A stretch of DNA of 64,000 nt from Paramoeba atlantica (GCA_977017575.1 CDRNVI010000020.1:124001-188000), one strand, 5' to 3'. Shown: positions 1 through 10,416, counted from the first letter of the stretch. A program made the numbers and translations. Notes: generated by a model not told the origin, from the letters alone.

Positions 1-2
1 TA

Positions 3-1457
3 GATTCTGAAAAAGCGCTGCAAATAAAGGAACTCGAGGAGGTTTGCTTACCTCCTTCAGAAACATTATGGCACACAATACGAAAAATATTATACATCGG
101 TATCCCAATTTGTCTTAGTTTATTTAGTCAGTTCGCAATCTTTCTCATCGCCTCTCGCTCTATTGGTAAATTGCTCGGTGTAAAGTACTTGGCCGGAGCC
201 TGTATGGGTATCATGTTTTGTAACTGTTTTGGATTTTCCTTCATATTCGGCATGGCCAATGCGTTAGATACACTACTGTTTCAAGCCCATGGGGCAGACC
301 CAAAGAGTCCCCTCATCATGTTGTATGTGCAGCGTGCAATCCTGATTCTACACGTATGCGCTCTACCTGTCTTATTGGTCTGGATGTTCGCTGTTCCCAT
401 ATTGCAGCGAATGGGGCAAACACCAGAAGTTGCCGCTATGGCTGGTACGTACATCCTGTACAACCTGGCAAATATCCCACTTTGCATCTTCTATGAAGTG
501 CTGAGAAAGTTTCTGATGTGTGTGCACAATTTGACCGCCGTAGTTCTTGTGTCCATTTTGCTCACGGGCTTGAGTCCTTTTATGTTTTATGGTCTGATAC
601 AAGAACAAGGAATCGCAGGATGTCCGTTAACAATCACAATGTTTTTCCTAGGCATGGTGATTTTTACGGTGGGCTACATTGCTTTACGAGGTAGTCTGCA
701 TCGAGGATTATGGCACGGATTCAGTTTCGCGGCATTTAAGGATTGGAAACAATTCTTGTTACTGGGCATTCCAAGTGCCCTAATGCTATTTTGTAAGTGG
801 GGCATGTATGAACTTAATGGATTAGCCTCCGGACGTCTCGGTGTGGAAACACTTGATACCATGTCTATTTGTATGCAGGTGTTATCCCTTCTGTATATGG
901 TCCCACTGGGGCTTAGCATTGCCGCTGGTATTTTGGTCGGCAATGCTCTTGGTGCTCGTGAGATTTCGAAAGCGCGACGAGCTGCATTAGCAACTTCAAT
1001 TCTTATGGCTGGCGTAGCAACTGTCGATATTGTTGTATTGTGGTTTACTCAGGACGTTGTACCGGGTTTGTACAACAGTGATCCTGAACTCTTACGTTTG
1101 TATCGTGAAGTAATGCCTCTCCTCATAGTATATCACGTTTTCGATGCCGCAGTTTGTGTGTGCAACGGAATCGTGAAAGGAATGGGTTATCCAAAGTATG
1201 GTTTTTTCTTTGTATTGCTGTATGCTATTGGTGTGCCTCTCGGGTGGGTGTTTGCCTTCAAGCTAGGGATGAGGTTTCGTGGCTTATGGCTTGGCCCAGT
1301 GTTAGGTCTCATTGGCGGTGCATTAGGATATGTTGTGTTCTTCCGACGTGTACGGTGGGAACACGCGGAGGCAAAGGCCATGGAAAGAATTCGGTATAGC
1401 CAACGAATGTTGGGAGGGAATGGCGAACAAAAGAAAGTATTTGTAAGCGCTTCGTAG
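3..1457 (+). CDS. MATE family multidrug/toxin efflux transporter, copy 1 (5'-partial, runs off the left edge)
   Basis: Frame is open from position 3 (DSEKALQ...ILYIGIPICLSLFSQF). MATE motifs GMANALDTLLFQAHGA, LGIPSALM, GNALGA; about 12 hydrophobic segments. Confidence 0.92.
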   Translation, partial: DSEKALQIKELEEVCLPPSETLWHTIRKILYIGIPICLSLFSQFAIFLIASRSIGKLLGVKYLAGACMGIMFCNCFGFSFIFGMANALDTLLFQAHGADPKSPLIMLYVQRAILILHVCALPVLLVWMFAVPILQRMGQTPEVAAMAGTYILYNLANIPLCIFYEVLRKFLMCVHNLTAVVLVSILLTGLSPFMFYGLIQEQGIAGCPLTITMFFLGMVIFTVGYIALRGSLHRGLWHGFSFAAFKDWKQFLLLGIPSALMLFCKWGMYELNGLASGRLGVETLDTMSICMQVLSLLYMVPLGLSIAAGILVGNALGAREISKARRAALATSILMAGVATVDIVVLWFTQDVVPGLYNSDPELLRLYREVMPLLIVYHVFDAAVCVCNGIVKGMGYPKYGFFFVLLYAIGVPLGWVFAFKLGMRFRGLWLGPVLGLIGGALGYVVFFRRVRWEHAEAKAMERIRYSQRMLGGNGEQKKVFVSAS

Positions 1458-1573
1458 TTGTTACATTCTGTCAACAGAAGTACATTCTGTCGAAAAAAGT
1501 TGCCAAAAGTTGTATTAACGTACCTTTTGGTTCAATGAACCACGACCGAACCAACTGAACCAATTGAACCAAC

Positions 1574-2144
1574 CTACAAGGCGTATTTCTTGGGTGGCAC
1601 AAAATTATCCTGGTTCAGGATTTGACTGCATTGTTCGGTTAGAAGTTCCATTGCACTCAAAAAATCATTCATCGTTACATCCCTGACGTTAGCGACGTCT
1701 AGGATATGTTTTAAGGAGTCCCAGTCTCTTGTACGCTCGTGGAAAGTCGCTGGCTTCACCGCTGCATTTGACAGGGCCTCACTGTTCTGTGATCTGCTTT
1801 CGGGTGTTGCCATGAGCTCTTTTAACTCGTTCAATGATACCTTCATAATGAAGGAAGGCTTAATTCCTTGCTTTCTTTTGGATGGCTTTGCGTACCAGAC
1901 TGGCACTCTTCCCTGCCATGATGCCCTGTAAGAGCGACTTTCCGGTGAAATCAACCTCGGCACCCAAATCGGCAGCCAGTTCAGTCACCACTTTTCCCGC
2001 TACCTTCCCAAGTAGCTCCCATACCATGACGTGTATCCGTGGCACGAGCCACTTTTCTTTCAAAGAGCCAGCCCCCCTCGACACTAACTCCTCCAAAACT
2101 ACCTCCTCGCCTCTCGCGAGCGCTTCGGCCACTGCGTTCGACAT
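1574..2144 (-). CDS. Two adjacent orphan ORFs (2144-1860, 94 aa; 1846-1574, 90 aa), possibly one frameshifted gene
   Basis: Both start at ATG and have protein-like composition. They are 13 nt apart in different frames, with an A-rich run at the junction. No recognisable domain. Confidence 0.35.
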
Positions 2145-2170
2145 ACCGATCGAGCAAAAAATTTGACATT

Positions 2171-2725
2171 TTTTTAATTTGGTCCTTCGAGCTCGAAAAA
2201 AAAGTCGGACCAATATTTATGTGGACCAAAATTATTGGGGCCAAATTTTTCGTGCATTGAAACAAAAAAGATATATTTTCTTGGCCTCCCTCGAGGCTTG
2301 ATATCGTTATTAGATTTTTCTTTTTCCAGAAAATGAAGGACCGTACTTTTAGATTGTTTTTGCTTTGTGTGCTATTCCAGTAGCTCACAACACTTGCAAC
2401 CTTTCGTGTCACACACAATTCTCAAATTGCTCTAACTTCAGCCTCACTATATGTGTTATAGTGAGGACCCTACGTGCGTAGAGTAAATATCTTGATCAAA
2501 GATTTTCTGCACCCATTCAACAGACTGAGACATTACACGAAGACTAAAAAACGAAGTGTCGATTGAAAGAAGCAAAAATTTCTAATGACGAGTTCTAAAC
2601 TTTGAAAACGACTGAAAATAAAGTCCAAAAGTATTTTGGACCGCCGCCAAAGGAAAAATAAAGTCCGACCAAAATTTATGTGGACGAAATTTGTTGGGGC
2701 CGAATAAAAGTGGACCAAATTTTCT
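2171..2725. repeat. Direct repeat of a GGACC/GGGCC-rich ~55-bp motif (about 2196-2249 and 2656-2725)
   Basis: aagtcggaccaatatttatgtggaccaaaattattggggcc versus aagtccgaccaaaatttatgtggacgaaatttgttggggcc. Copy 1 is preceded by ttggtcc-ttcgagctcgaa-...-ggaccaa. Confidence 0.75.
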
Positions 2726-2749
2726 GCTCGACCGGTATTCGATTCCTGC

Positions 2750-3208
2750 TTAGTTACTATTTTTCGGCGGGGGGTTATTGAGTTCACGAAAGTCTCGGAT
2801 AGAAATGGCACTAAGAAGGTGCATATAAGAGAAGAAAGCATTCCTTCCTTTTCCTGGAGACCGGAATCTTTGACTTTCTCCTCTTGCGGCTCCCACATCT
2901 TCCCTTTTGTTAGCGATATAGTGCTTCGCGATTTCAAGAACCAGCTTTCCAGAATTTTTCTTATCCTCGTATCGCTTCTCCTCAATTAGCCGGACAACTT
3001 CCAGCTTTTGAGCTTCGTGCACGTTCTCTCCCACTGCTTTCAGCATAGCCGGGATGAAGTCACCTTGGCTGAGCCAACCTTCGTGCGAAGCCTGAAATAG
3101 AGGGACCCACTTCTTCTCCACTATTTTCAGCATTGCGTACCTCTCAGTGACCTTGTACTCGCTTTCCAAGGAGTTTAATACGGTTGAGATCATTTCGGAA
3201 TCAGACAT
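2750..3208 (-). CDS. Orphan 152-aa helical protein
   Basis: ATG-initiated ORF with globular, protein-like composition; no recognisable motif; antisense to the host genes. Confidence 0.4.
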   Translation of the reverse strand: MSDSEMISTVLNSLESEYKVTERYAMLKIVEKKWVPLFQASHEGWLSQGDFIPAMLKAVGENVHEAQKLEVVRLIEEKRYEDKKNSGKLVLEIAKHYIANKREDVGAARGESQRFRSPGKGRNAFFSYMHLLSAISIRDFRELNNPPPKNSN

Positions 3209-3455
3209 GGAATGATTATTATAGATGAATATTATAGAAAGGACTACACGCCAAATATTTCCTCAGTATTACGCGCTGGAAGGACCTAGATCCCCTTGCT
3301 TACTTCATCTACACTCTGAAGACGAGCCAAGAAGTTAGCTTCTAGTCTTCAGAGATGAGCCTAGAAGCTTTTCTTCTCTCTATTCCAGCGATTGCTGTTG
3401 TTAGGCGCATCGAATAAAGCATGGAAAAAAACCCAGAAATATATTTTCTTTTTTA

Positions 3456-3548
3456 GGCTCTTCGTTAAACGCGGTGATAGTTTTCAACGCGAAGCGCGGC
3501 ATGAGTGACTTCTAAGTTGAAAACAACCACCGCGTTTAATGAAGAGCC
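3456..3548. mobile_element. 93-bp hairpin MITE, copy 1
   Basis: 33-bp TIRs ggctcttcgttaaacgcggtgatagttttcaac / gttgaaaacaaccaccgcgtttaatgaagagcc (3 mismatches), with TA on both sides. Confidence 0.8.
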
Positions 3549-3866
3549 TAAATTTGCGTGTGGGAAATGACTCGTAGGCATGAATTTAAAGCTACCAAAC
3601 GTATTGGGTATATAATGCGAATCCAACCACACCATTCTTCCGACACAAAAAGACCCCTTTGGGTACGAAAAATACTTTTTGGCTTTTTTTGGTCCAAAAA
3701 GGGCCATTCTGGCAAGCGCACCACGGCTCATAGATGGGTTATCTTGTGAAAACAACGGCGCAGAAAGCTAGTATACGTCCCGAACTCTCAAAATACAATA
3801 ACGGAAACGATTTTGGAAAAATAGTTTTTTTTTTCATTTTTTTCGTCAAGTTGATTTTTTTTTCAA

Positions 3867-4156
3867 CCCCCGGGTAGGTGGGTGGAAAATACGCGCCAAG
3901 CCCCCGGCTACCGCTTCTGCGCATTTTATTCGAAAAATAATTTTTTCGAATCAAATTCGTGCGGTATGCCCCCCCATGCCCCCCCCCCATGGACCGATTT
4001 TTTTTGAAAATTTTTAGACCACCGGAACCCCTTTTATATATTTTTCTATTATTATACTACTGTGTACCTCTTTATGTAGTGTATATTATCACTTTTTTTG
4101 TTCACCTTTTTTTGCAATAATCGAGGGTAGAGCGGTAGTTATACAACCACCGCAAT
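3867..4156 (+). repeat. Unclassified ~270-bp dispersed repeat, copy A
   Basis: G-rich head (ggtgg..ggtggaaaat), tatgccccccc..catgga, gaccaccggaacccc, a T-rich tract, then the 41-nt end aataatcgagggtagagcggtagttatacaaccaccgcaat (4116-4156), identical to 4992-5032. Confidence 0.8.
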
Positions 4157-4170
4157 AAAGTTATTTTTTA

Positions 4171-4265
4171 GTGGCTTCGTTAAACGCGGTGGTTGTTTTC
4201 AGCTTAGAAGTCACTCATGCTGCGCGCTTCGCGTTAAAAACTACCACCGCATTTAACGAAGAGCC
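4171..4265. mobile_element. Hairpin MITE, copy 2 (inverted relative to 3456-3548)
   Basis: Reverse complement of copy 1 including the loop (cttagaagtcactcatgc...), with a few substitutions; TA on both sides. Confidence 0.8.
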
Positions 4266-4771
4266 TAAAAAAGAAAAAATATATCCTTTTCTCGGAAAAG
4301 GAACGCGGAAATTCAAATCAGCAATTTAGAAGATGAAAACAATACTCAGTAGCTTTTGTCTATCGATCATGCTTACTTGCCAAGATTACCGTTTTAATAG
4401 GAATGTTTTAAATAGGAAAATGGTACGATACGACAATACCTTTTTGGAGTACAAATTTATTTAATAGAAAATCAATGAATTTAGTCATAGATTCGCATAA
4501 ATCCTAATTACTTCTGGTCATCAAAAAGTTTTTTCTTATATAATTACAATCATTTATGCAACTCCCCGTAGTCGGTTTACTATCCCCTAAGCCATTAAGC
4601 ATCACCAATCTTTTGAAGTGCCTCTTCCAGTCTTTCGGGGTCTTCCGACGAAAAAAAAATACTCACAGCTACTCACAGCGAATCACAGCAGCCCACATTC
4701 ACAGAAACCCGCACATATCTACAGATACTAACTACAGACTCACCCTTGTCGGATCCCTCGTGCGCGTACCA

Positions 4772-5032
4772 GGGGGGTACCCCCAGGTGGGGGGGTGGAA
4801 AATTATCGCCACGGCATACTCTAACACTTCCCTGCGCTCGATTTTGAAAACCAAAAAATTCGAAACAAAATCGCGACGTATGCCCCCCCCCATGGAGTTT
4901 TGGACCACCGGAACCCCCTTTTATATTTTTTTCTTCTATTGTATTATCTTGTTTCTCTTTATATTTTCACTGTTTTTCTTCACTTTTTTTTAATAATCGA
5001 GGGTAGAGCGGTAGTTATACAACCACCGCAAT
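4772..5032 (+). repeat. Unclassified ~270-bp dispersed repeat, copy B
   Basis: Same block order as copy A and the same 41-nt terminus. Confidence 0.8.
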
Positions 5033-5039
5033 TATGATA

Positions 5040-5191
5040 CACGTGAGGGGCTGCGGGTTAGGCCCAATACGAGATCACGCGAGATCACGTGAGATCTCTC
5101 GAGAGCGAATTTGGCTCGGTAGAGTGGTTGGACGACCTCAAAACGAGATCACGCGAGATCACGAGAGATCATACCCGCAGCCCCTCACGTG
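5040..5191. mobile_element. 152-bp MITE with perfect 19-bp TIRs and TA target duplication
   Basis: cacgtgaggggctgcgggt ... acccgcagcccctcacgtg; TA at 5038-39 and 5192-93; two internal arrays of the 10-mer gagatcacgy. Confidence 0.85.
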
Positions 5192-6295
5192 TAGATAAAT
5201 AAGTATTAATCTTGTGAATACTTTATTGGCGATAGCGCGCCTCAATTTATTCATCTTTTTCTGGTCTAGAGACTGTAGGACGAGAGACTGTAAACCCAAA
5301 AGAATTTAGCTTCTTGCTTGAACTGGCGTTTGCAACCTTTGCTCCGTTCTCAAAAGAATTTTTGATCGGTTCCTCTGTGTTCTGAACGGACTGTGAATCA
5401 CTATCGGGGGAGACAAATGAGTAATCCTTTAAAATGCCACTATTAAATTTAGCTACGCATGGATCAATATACCCAAGATACCCCATTATCCGACGTGAGA
5501 CGGATGATATCTATGAGACGGCTGACGCCCTGACCGAAAAACCGAATTAGAGGAAAAATTTGAAGTTTCATTATTCGGGCAGTTCGCGCCAACAAGGCCA
5601 AGTCGATGACACTTATAACATAAGGATGTCTGTTTCGCTCGTGGGGCAAAGGACGTCTGGCAGTGGTTGCATTCCAGCGTCCGGTGTCCACATTTTATGC
5701 CCGATGTTTAAATTAATGAGAAGTCACTGTGAGTGCGCAGGAGTAAAAAATGTTGAGATCAACATGTACAGAAAGAGAAGAATCTTGCTTTGACTAGCAT
5801 TTCCCGCTATATTTCAGAGATTCGAGAGTCCAAGGTTAGAGCGAGTTAGAAGTGTATACCATTGATGTACCAGACGTCCCTTAAAACTATACAGTTATAT
5901 TGCTGAAATGCAAGGTAAGGAAAATATGCGGATACTGTCCAGATGCGTATATGATTTTCTATGTTGGCCTATATAAGCAAAAGAATGCTCAAACTTTCTT
6001 TTTTTCCTTTTCCACGCATTGCGGGATCTAGGGTCCCGACTATTTTAATGGTCCCGACTTTTGACAGAGCTTCGCGGCACCTGATTTTTTTTCTGATTTT
6101 TTTAAAGGGGGCATCACATTTCACACTTTTTTCTTTTCCCCCTACAATTTGTTAATACAATTTGTATGCACAAATCCCAAAAACGTATGCATATTAAAGA
6201 GGGTCATAGTAATGAATTTTATAGCTTCTTTTTATAGCACCACTCTTTCATTTTCTTGTTCAGTATTACTTCGTATTCTAAGAAATTCTCACGAC

Positions 6296-7882
6296 ATGAG
6301 TGCAGGACACGAGTTTTTCACATGTGGTAGCCTCCCTCATGAATTAGAACTCATGAGTGTAGGAAGTCCAATATTTTCTTTTAGCAAACCAGAAGCTCCA
6401 CCAGCTTCGATTTCAGAAGTATCGGCGGAGGCACCAAAAAAAGTGCCAGAAGAAGAAATCAGCGTTCCTCCGCCCGCGCCTGAATCCTTATGGCGCACAG
6501 CCTGGAATTTATTGTACATTGCGCTTCCCATATGCATCAGCTATTTCAGCCAACTTGCAGTTTTTCAAATCGCACTCCGTTACGCAGGAACAATGCTTGG
6601 TGTAGAGGCATTGGCCGGGGCTAGCATGGGTATCATGTATTGTAACTGTTTCGGATTTTCTGTTATATTCGGCATGGCCAATGCGTTAGATACACTACTG
6701 TTTCAAGCCCATGGGGCAGACCCAAAGAGTCCCCTCATCATGTTGTATGTGCAGCGTGCAATCCTGATTCTACTCCTCCTTACTATTCCAATAACAGCAG
6801 TTTGGGTTTTTGCAGATCCAGTGTTGCGTTTGACAGGACAGAAGCCAGAAGTTGCCGCTATGGCTGGTACGTACATCCTGTACAACCTGGCAAATCTTCC
6901 ACTTTGCATCTTCTATGAAGTGCTGAGAAAGTTTCTGATGTGTGTGCACAATTTGACCGCCGTAGTTCTTGTGTCCATTTTGCTCACGGGCTTGAGTCCT
7001 TTTATGTTTTATGGTCTGATACAAGAACAAGGAATCGCAGGATGTCCGTTAACAATCACAATGTTTTTCCTAGGCATGGTGATTTTTACGGTGGGCTACA
7101 TTGCTTTACGAGGTAGTCTGCATCGAGGATTATGGCACGGATTCAGTTTCGCGGCATTTAAGGATTGGAAACAATTCTTGTTACTGGGCATTCCAAGTGC
7201 CCTAATGCTCTTCCTTGAGTGGGGAGTCTTTGAACTTAATGGATTAGCTTCCGGACGTCTCGGTGTGGAAACACTTGATACCATGTCTATTTGTATGCAG
7301 GTGTTATCCCTTCTGTATATGCTTCCCCTTGGACTTAACGTCGCGGTCAGTATTACGGTCGGCAATGCTCTTGGTGCCCGCAATATTCCAAAAGCGCGAC
7401 GAGCTGCATTAGCAACTTCAATTCTTATGGCTGGCGTAGCAACTGTCGATATTGTTGTATTGTGGTTTACTCAGGACGTTGTACCCGGATTCTTTAATGG
7501 TGATCCTGAACTCTTACGTTTGTATCGTGAAGTAATGCCGTTGCTGATTGTTTTTCACATTCTTGACTCCATCCTTTGCGTATGCAACGGAATCGTGAAA
7601 GGAATGGGTTACCCAAAGTACGGATTTTATTTTCTGTTTGCTGCTTATGCTATTGGTGTGCCTCTCGGGTGGGTGTTTGCCTTCAAGCTAGGGATGAGGT
7701 TTCGTGGCTTATGGCTTGGCCCAGTGTTAGGTCTCATTGGCGGTGCATTAGGTTATGTTGTGTTCTTCCAACGCGTACGGTGGGAACACGCGGAATCAAA
7801 GGCCATGGAAAGGATTCGGCATAGTGAGCGAATATTGGGAGGGAATGGCCGAGAAAAGAAAGGCATCGAGATTTCTTCGTAA
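6296..7882 (+). CDS. MATE family efflux transporter, copy 2
   Basis: Same motifs as copy 1. First plausible ATG is 6296 (MSAGHEFF); the ORF track extends it upstream with a non-ATG start. Confidence 0.93.
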   Translation: MSAGHEFFTCGSLPHELELMSVGSPIFSFSKPEAPPASISEVSAEAPKKVPEEEISVPPPAPESLWRTAWNLLYIALPICISYFSQLAVFQIALRYAGTMLGVEALAGASMGIMYCNCFGFSVIFGMANALDTLLFQAHGADPKSPLIMLYVQRAILILLLLTIPITAVWVFADPVLRLTGQKPEVAAMAGTYILYNLANLPLCIFYEVLRKFLMCVHNLTAVVLVSILLTGLSPFMFYGLIQEQGIAGCPLTITMFFLGMVIFTVGYIALRGSLHRGLWHGFSFAAFKDWKQFLLLGIPSALMLFLEWGVFELNGLASGRLGVETLDTMSICMQVLSLLYMLPLGLNVAVSITVGNALGARNIPKARRAALATSILMAGVATVDIVVLWFTQDVVPGFFNGDPELLRLYREVMPLLIVFHILDSILCVCNGIVKGMGYPKYGFYFLFAAYAIGVPLGWVFAFKLGMRFRGLWLGPVLGLIGGALGYVVFFQRVRWEHAESKAMERIRHSERILGGNGREKKGIEISS

Positions 7883-8352
7883 CGTTTTGCGAAATGGAAG
7901 GGACGATTAGTTCCAGAACTAGTTGGCGTATTTATTTCTTTTTTTCGTTGACTAACGTTCCTTAAAGGTTAATTAATATTTCAGAGATCGTTCACCTTGA
8001 ATGTAATTTCCAGAGTCCTTCGTTTGTTGACCTAAAAGGGACTTCTATAGGAAAAACTTTATCGTACTTTTGTGACTTATGTGTATACTACTCCGATTAA
8101 GTGTTTGGAGGTTGGTTTCTTCTAATAAATGTACATTGTCTTACATTATTACTATATTATCACCAGTAGTGTGCCCCGCTACGGTTACGGTGCACAGTGG
8201 TGTAATATTGTAGAGCTTTCATATGGCAGGCTTAGACAGGTTGGGAAAAAGGTTTTATCTCTACTTCGTTTAATACATTTTCCTGATGCTTTGTTTACGC
8301 TCCTCATGACACAATTTTGTTGAGGTGAGCAAGGACATGGACTTGCTATTAA

Positions 8353-8787
8353 TTAGTATTTTTCGCAGGAAAAGATCCGCTTGTCGGATTTAAGCACTCC
8401 AACCTGTGAATGGAAGGGGATATCGTGTAAGAAAGCAGGGCTATGGTCTATCTTCAGTGTCCACTTCACCCGATGACAGCTCAACTCTTCCCAAAACTCT
8501 ACAGAGAAGCTTAGTACTTGTAGGTTAGCAGAACACGCACACATATCGGTGACATTTCCAAACCGAGAAAAACGATTCGTCACACTGCATCGAGTGGACG
8601 TTCCCTCTTTGTCGGGCACGTCGACGGACATGACAAGTTGCCATGAATCAATCCACTGACGTAGTGATACAATAGTTTTCTCACTGAGCTCCCTCTCTAC
8701 AACAGACCCCTCACGTCTATTTCCCCGAACGTAAGGTACTATGTACTCCAATGTTTGTTTAGCGCTTCGCTGCGCCCTGCCCATCAT
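8353..8787 (-). CDS. Orphan ORF (144 aa), function unknown, may be spurious or a relic
   Basis: ATG-initiated ORF only; no motif recognised; antisense to the host genes. Confidence 0.2.
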   Translation of the reverse strand: MMGRAQRSAKQTLEYIVPYVRGNRREGSVVERELSEKTIVSLRQWIDSWQLVMSVDVPDKEGTSTRCSVTNRFSRFGNVTDMCACSANLQVLSFSVEFWEELSCHRVKWTLKIDHSPAFLHDIPFHSQVGVLKSDKRIFSCEKY

Positions 8788-9198
8788 TTTTCACCTTGAT
8801 TTCCATAGTGTGGTCACTCGTGTGATTTTGTTTGCAACATACGACCTTTTGCGCCACCAACTTACGGTTTTGTAGCCACTCCACGCACTGCTTTTCAGTC
8901 CAAGTTGAAATATTACTTATTGTTAGCTTTTGCCGACAAGAAAACCCAACACACTCCCTTCAAGGCATGGAAAGATAGACTAAATTACTAAAAATGACGA
9001 AAAGAATGGCGAACTCGAGAGAACACAAATAAAATCTCTGGAGAAGTATTTTCTACAATCAAGGAATTGAAATATTGAAAAAAATCTGATTTTTTTAAAC
9101 CGAAAATTTCTTCAGTTTCTCCTACACTTTTCGTCCGATTCTCCTTCGCCGAAATTTTGAATGATTATTCAATATTATTAAATTTTGAATGCTTATTT

Positions 9199-10416
9199 GG
9201 TCAGATTGAACGAACTTTGCACACTTTTCAAAAAAAATCCTAAAAGTAACTAAAAATCAACGAATTTCAAAGAAAATCAAAACTACGAACATAAGACTAT
9301 TTCCGCACAAAACAACGCCACATCCAACAAAACTCGTACCAACGGGCTTTGTTCTGGAACCCGTAAGGAACCATTACACTTCTCAGTTATGGCTCGGAGT
9401 CGTGCCTTTCTTGAAGACTCTGACCTACCCAAACTACCCCCCTCACACACTAACCTTTTCTTTAGCATCGAATTCGCCCCCTCAACAGTATTAGTGTGCA
9501 CCCCCTCTTCAGTTATCCATTCATTTCGGTGAATAACTTCACTCCAACGGTACTTGCCGTCGAATCCAGGAGCGTTGTGCGTCGCCCCGTCTGTCCATAT
9601 CCTTGTACGGGGCCCGCGAGCCATTTCCTCAACGAGGGATACCAGAGTTGAGCCTTTTTTGTCTGGCACCGGTGTCACATAGATTTCACGAAGTTTTCCG
9701 CCCCTTGTTGTGTCACACAAGGTTTAAGCAACCTCGCTACCGGCCTGACGCACTCTCCGGTTTCGATTCGGGCCTCCGACTTTAATCTTGGGGAAAAAAG
9801 TCTCATCAACCTGCATGTAGTCAATCTTACCGTTCGCCTCCAGGCGTCGATATTGATGGGCCCATGCAGTGATGCGGTCCATAGTCTGTCGGAATTTGCA
9901 CGCTGTCCTCTCAGAAAACAAGCATTCTTCGGCCATGTGCTTCCCCTACATTGAACGCGAGTAGCAGATCAATGCGATGACTAGTTGCTTTGGTGGGATC
10001 TTAGACTTGGAAGGAAGAAGGGGGGATTCCAAGGAATAACGGGCCCGACAAGTACGTATGGGGCACTGCCACTGACCATTCTGAACAACACATGTCGTTA
10101 ATGAGTGGCCTCGCTCACACTTCACAAGTTGGGCTACAAGATGGTGCCCTTTAAGCCAGTGAAGGCACTTCAAGTCATCCCATTGCCCCACCTCACTTAA
10201 CGGAAAACGTATAGAACAGTTCATCTCATGGCATCCGCAGCAAAACCCATCATCCAAATCATTCATCATGATTTCACCAGTAGCTGAGAGCGTAAAAAAG
10301 TCAAAAATACTAGCAAAGACTCTAATCTATGTATTTAGCAAGAAACAGAAACTAAAAAAATATATAAAAAAAATCGTATTTTTTGAAAAAATGTGCAATC
10401 TTCGTTCAATTCCACC
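9199..10416 (-). mobile_element. Merlin / IS1595-superfamily DNA transposon (family 1), full length, 1218 bp
   Basis: 8-bp TSD gcttattt at 9191-9198 and 10417-10424. Imperfect ~40-bp TIRs beginning GGT (ggtcagattgaacgaactttgcacacttttcaaaa / reverse complement ggtggaattgaacgaagattgcacattttttcaaaa). ISXO2-like DDE transposase inside. Confidence 0.92.
9283..10269 (-). pseudogene. Merlin transposase with two in-frame nonsense codons
   Basis: The three track ORFs are in one frame, separated by TAG (9948-9946) and TAA (9726-9724). Zn-ribbon CxxxH..C..C, then VDET, WTDG, VIH, GVHTNTVEG. Confidence 0.9.

Noticed and set aside
4116-4156. tRNA-like word ggtagagcg
   Set aside because: No cloverleaf or T-loop (GTTCRA) at the right spacing; it is part of a repeat terminus. 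No tRNA, rRNA or spliced-leader gene was recognised anywhere in the window.
5247-5793. Cluster of 75-79 aa ORFs on both strands
   Set aside because: Short, mutually overlapping, no motif; at most an unrecognisable pseudogene.
9283-10269. Stop-codon reassignment suggested by in-frame TAA/TAG in Merlin-1
   Set aside because: Host genes in the window terminate normally at TAA, TAG and TGA and have no internal stops.
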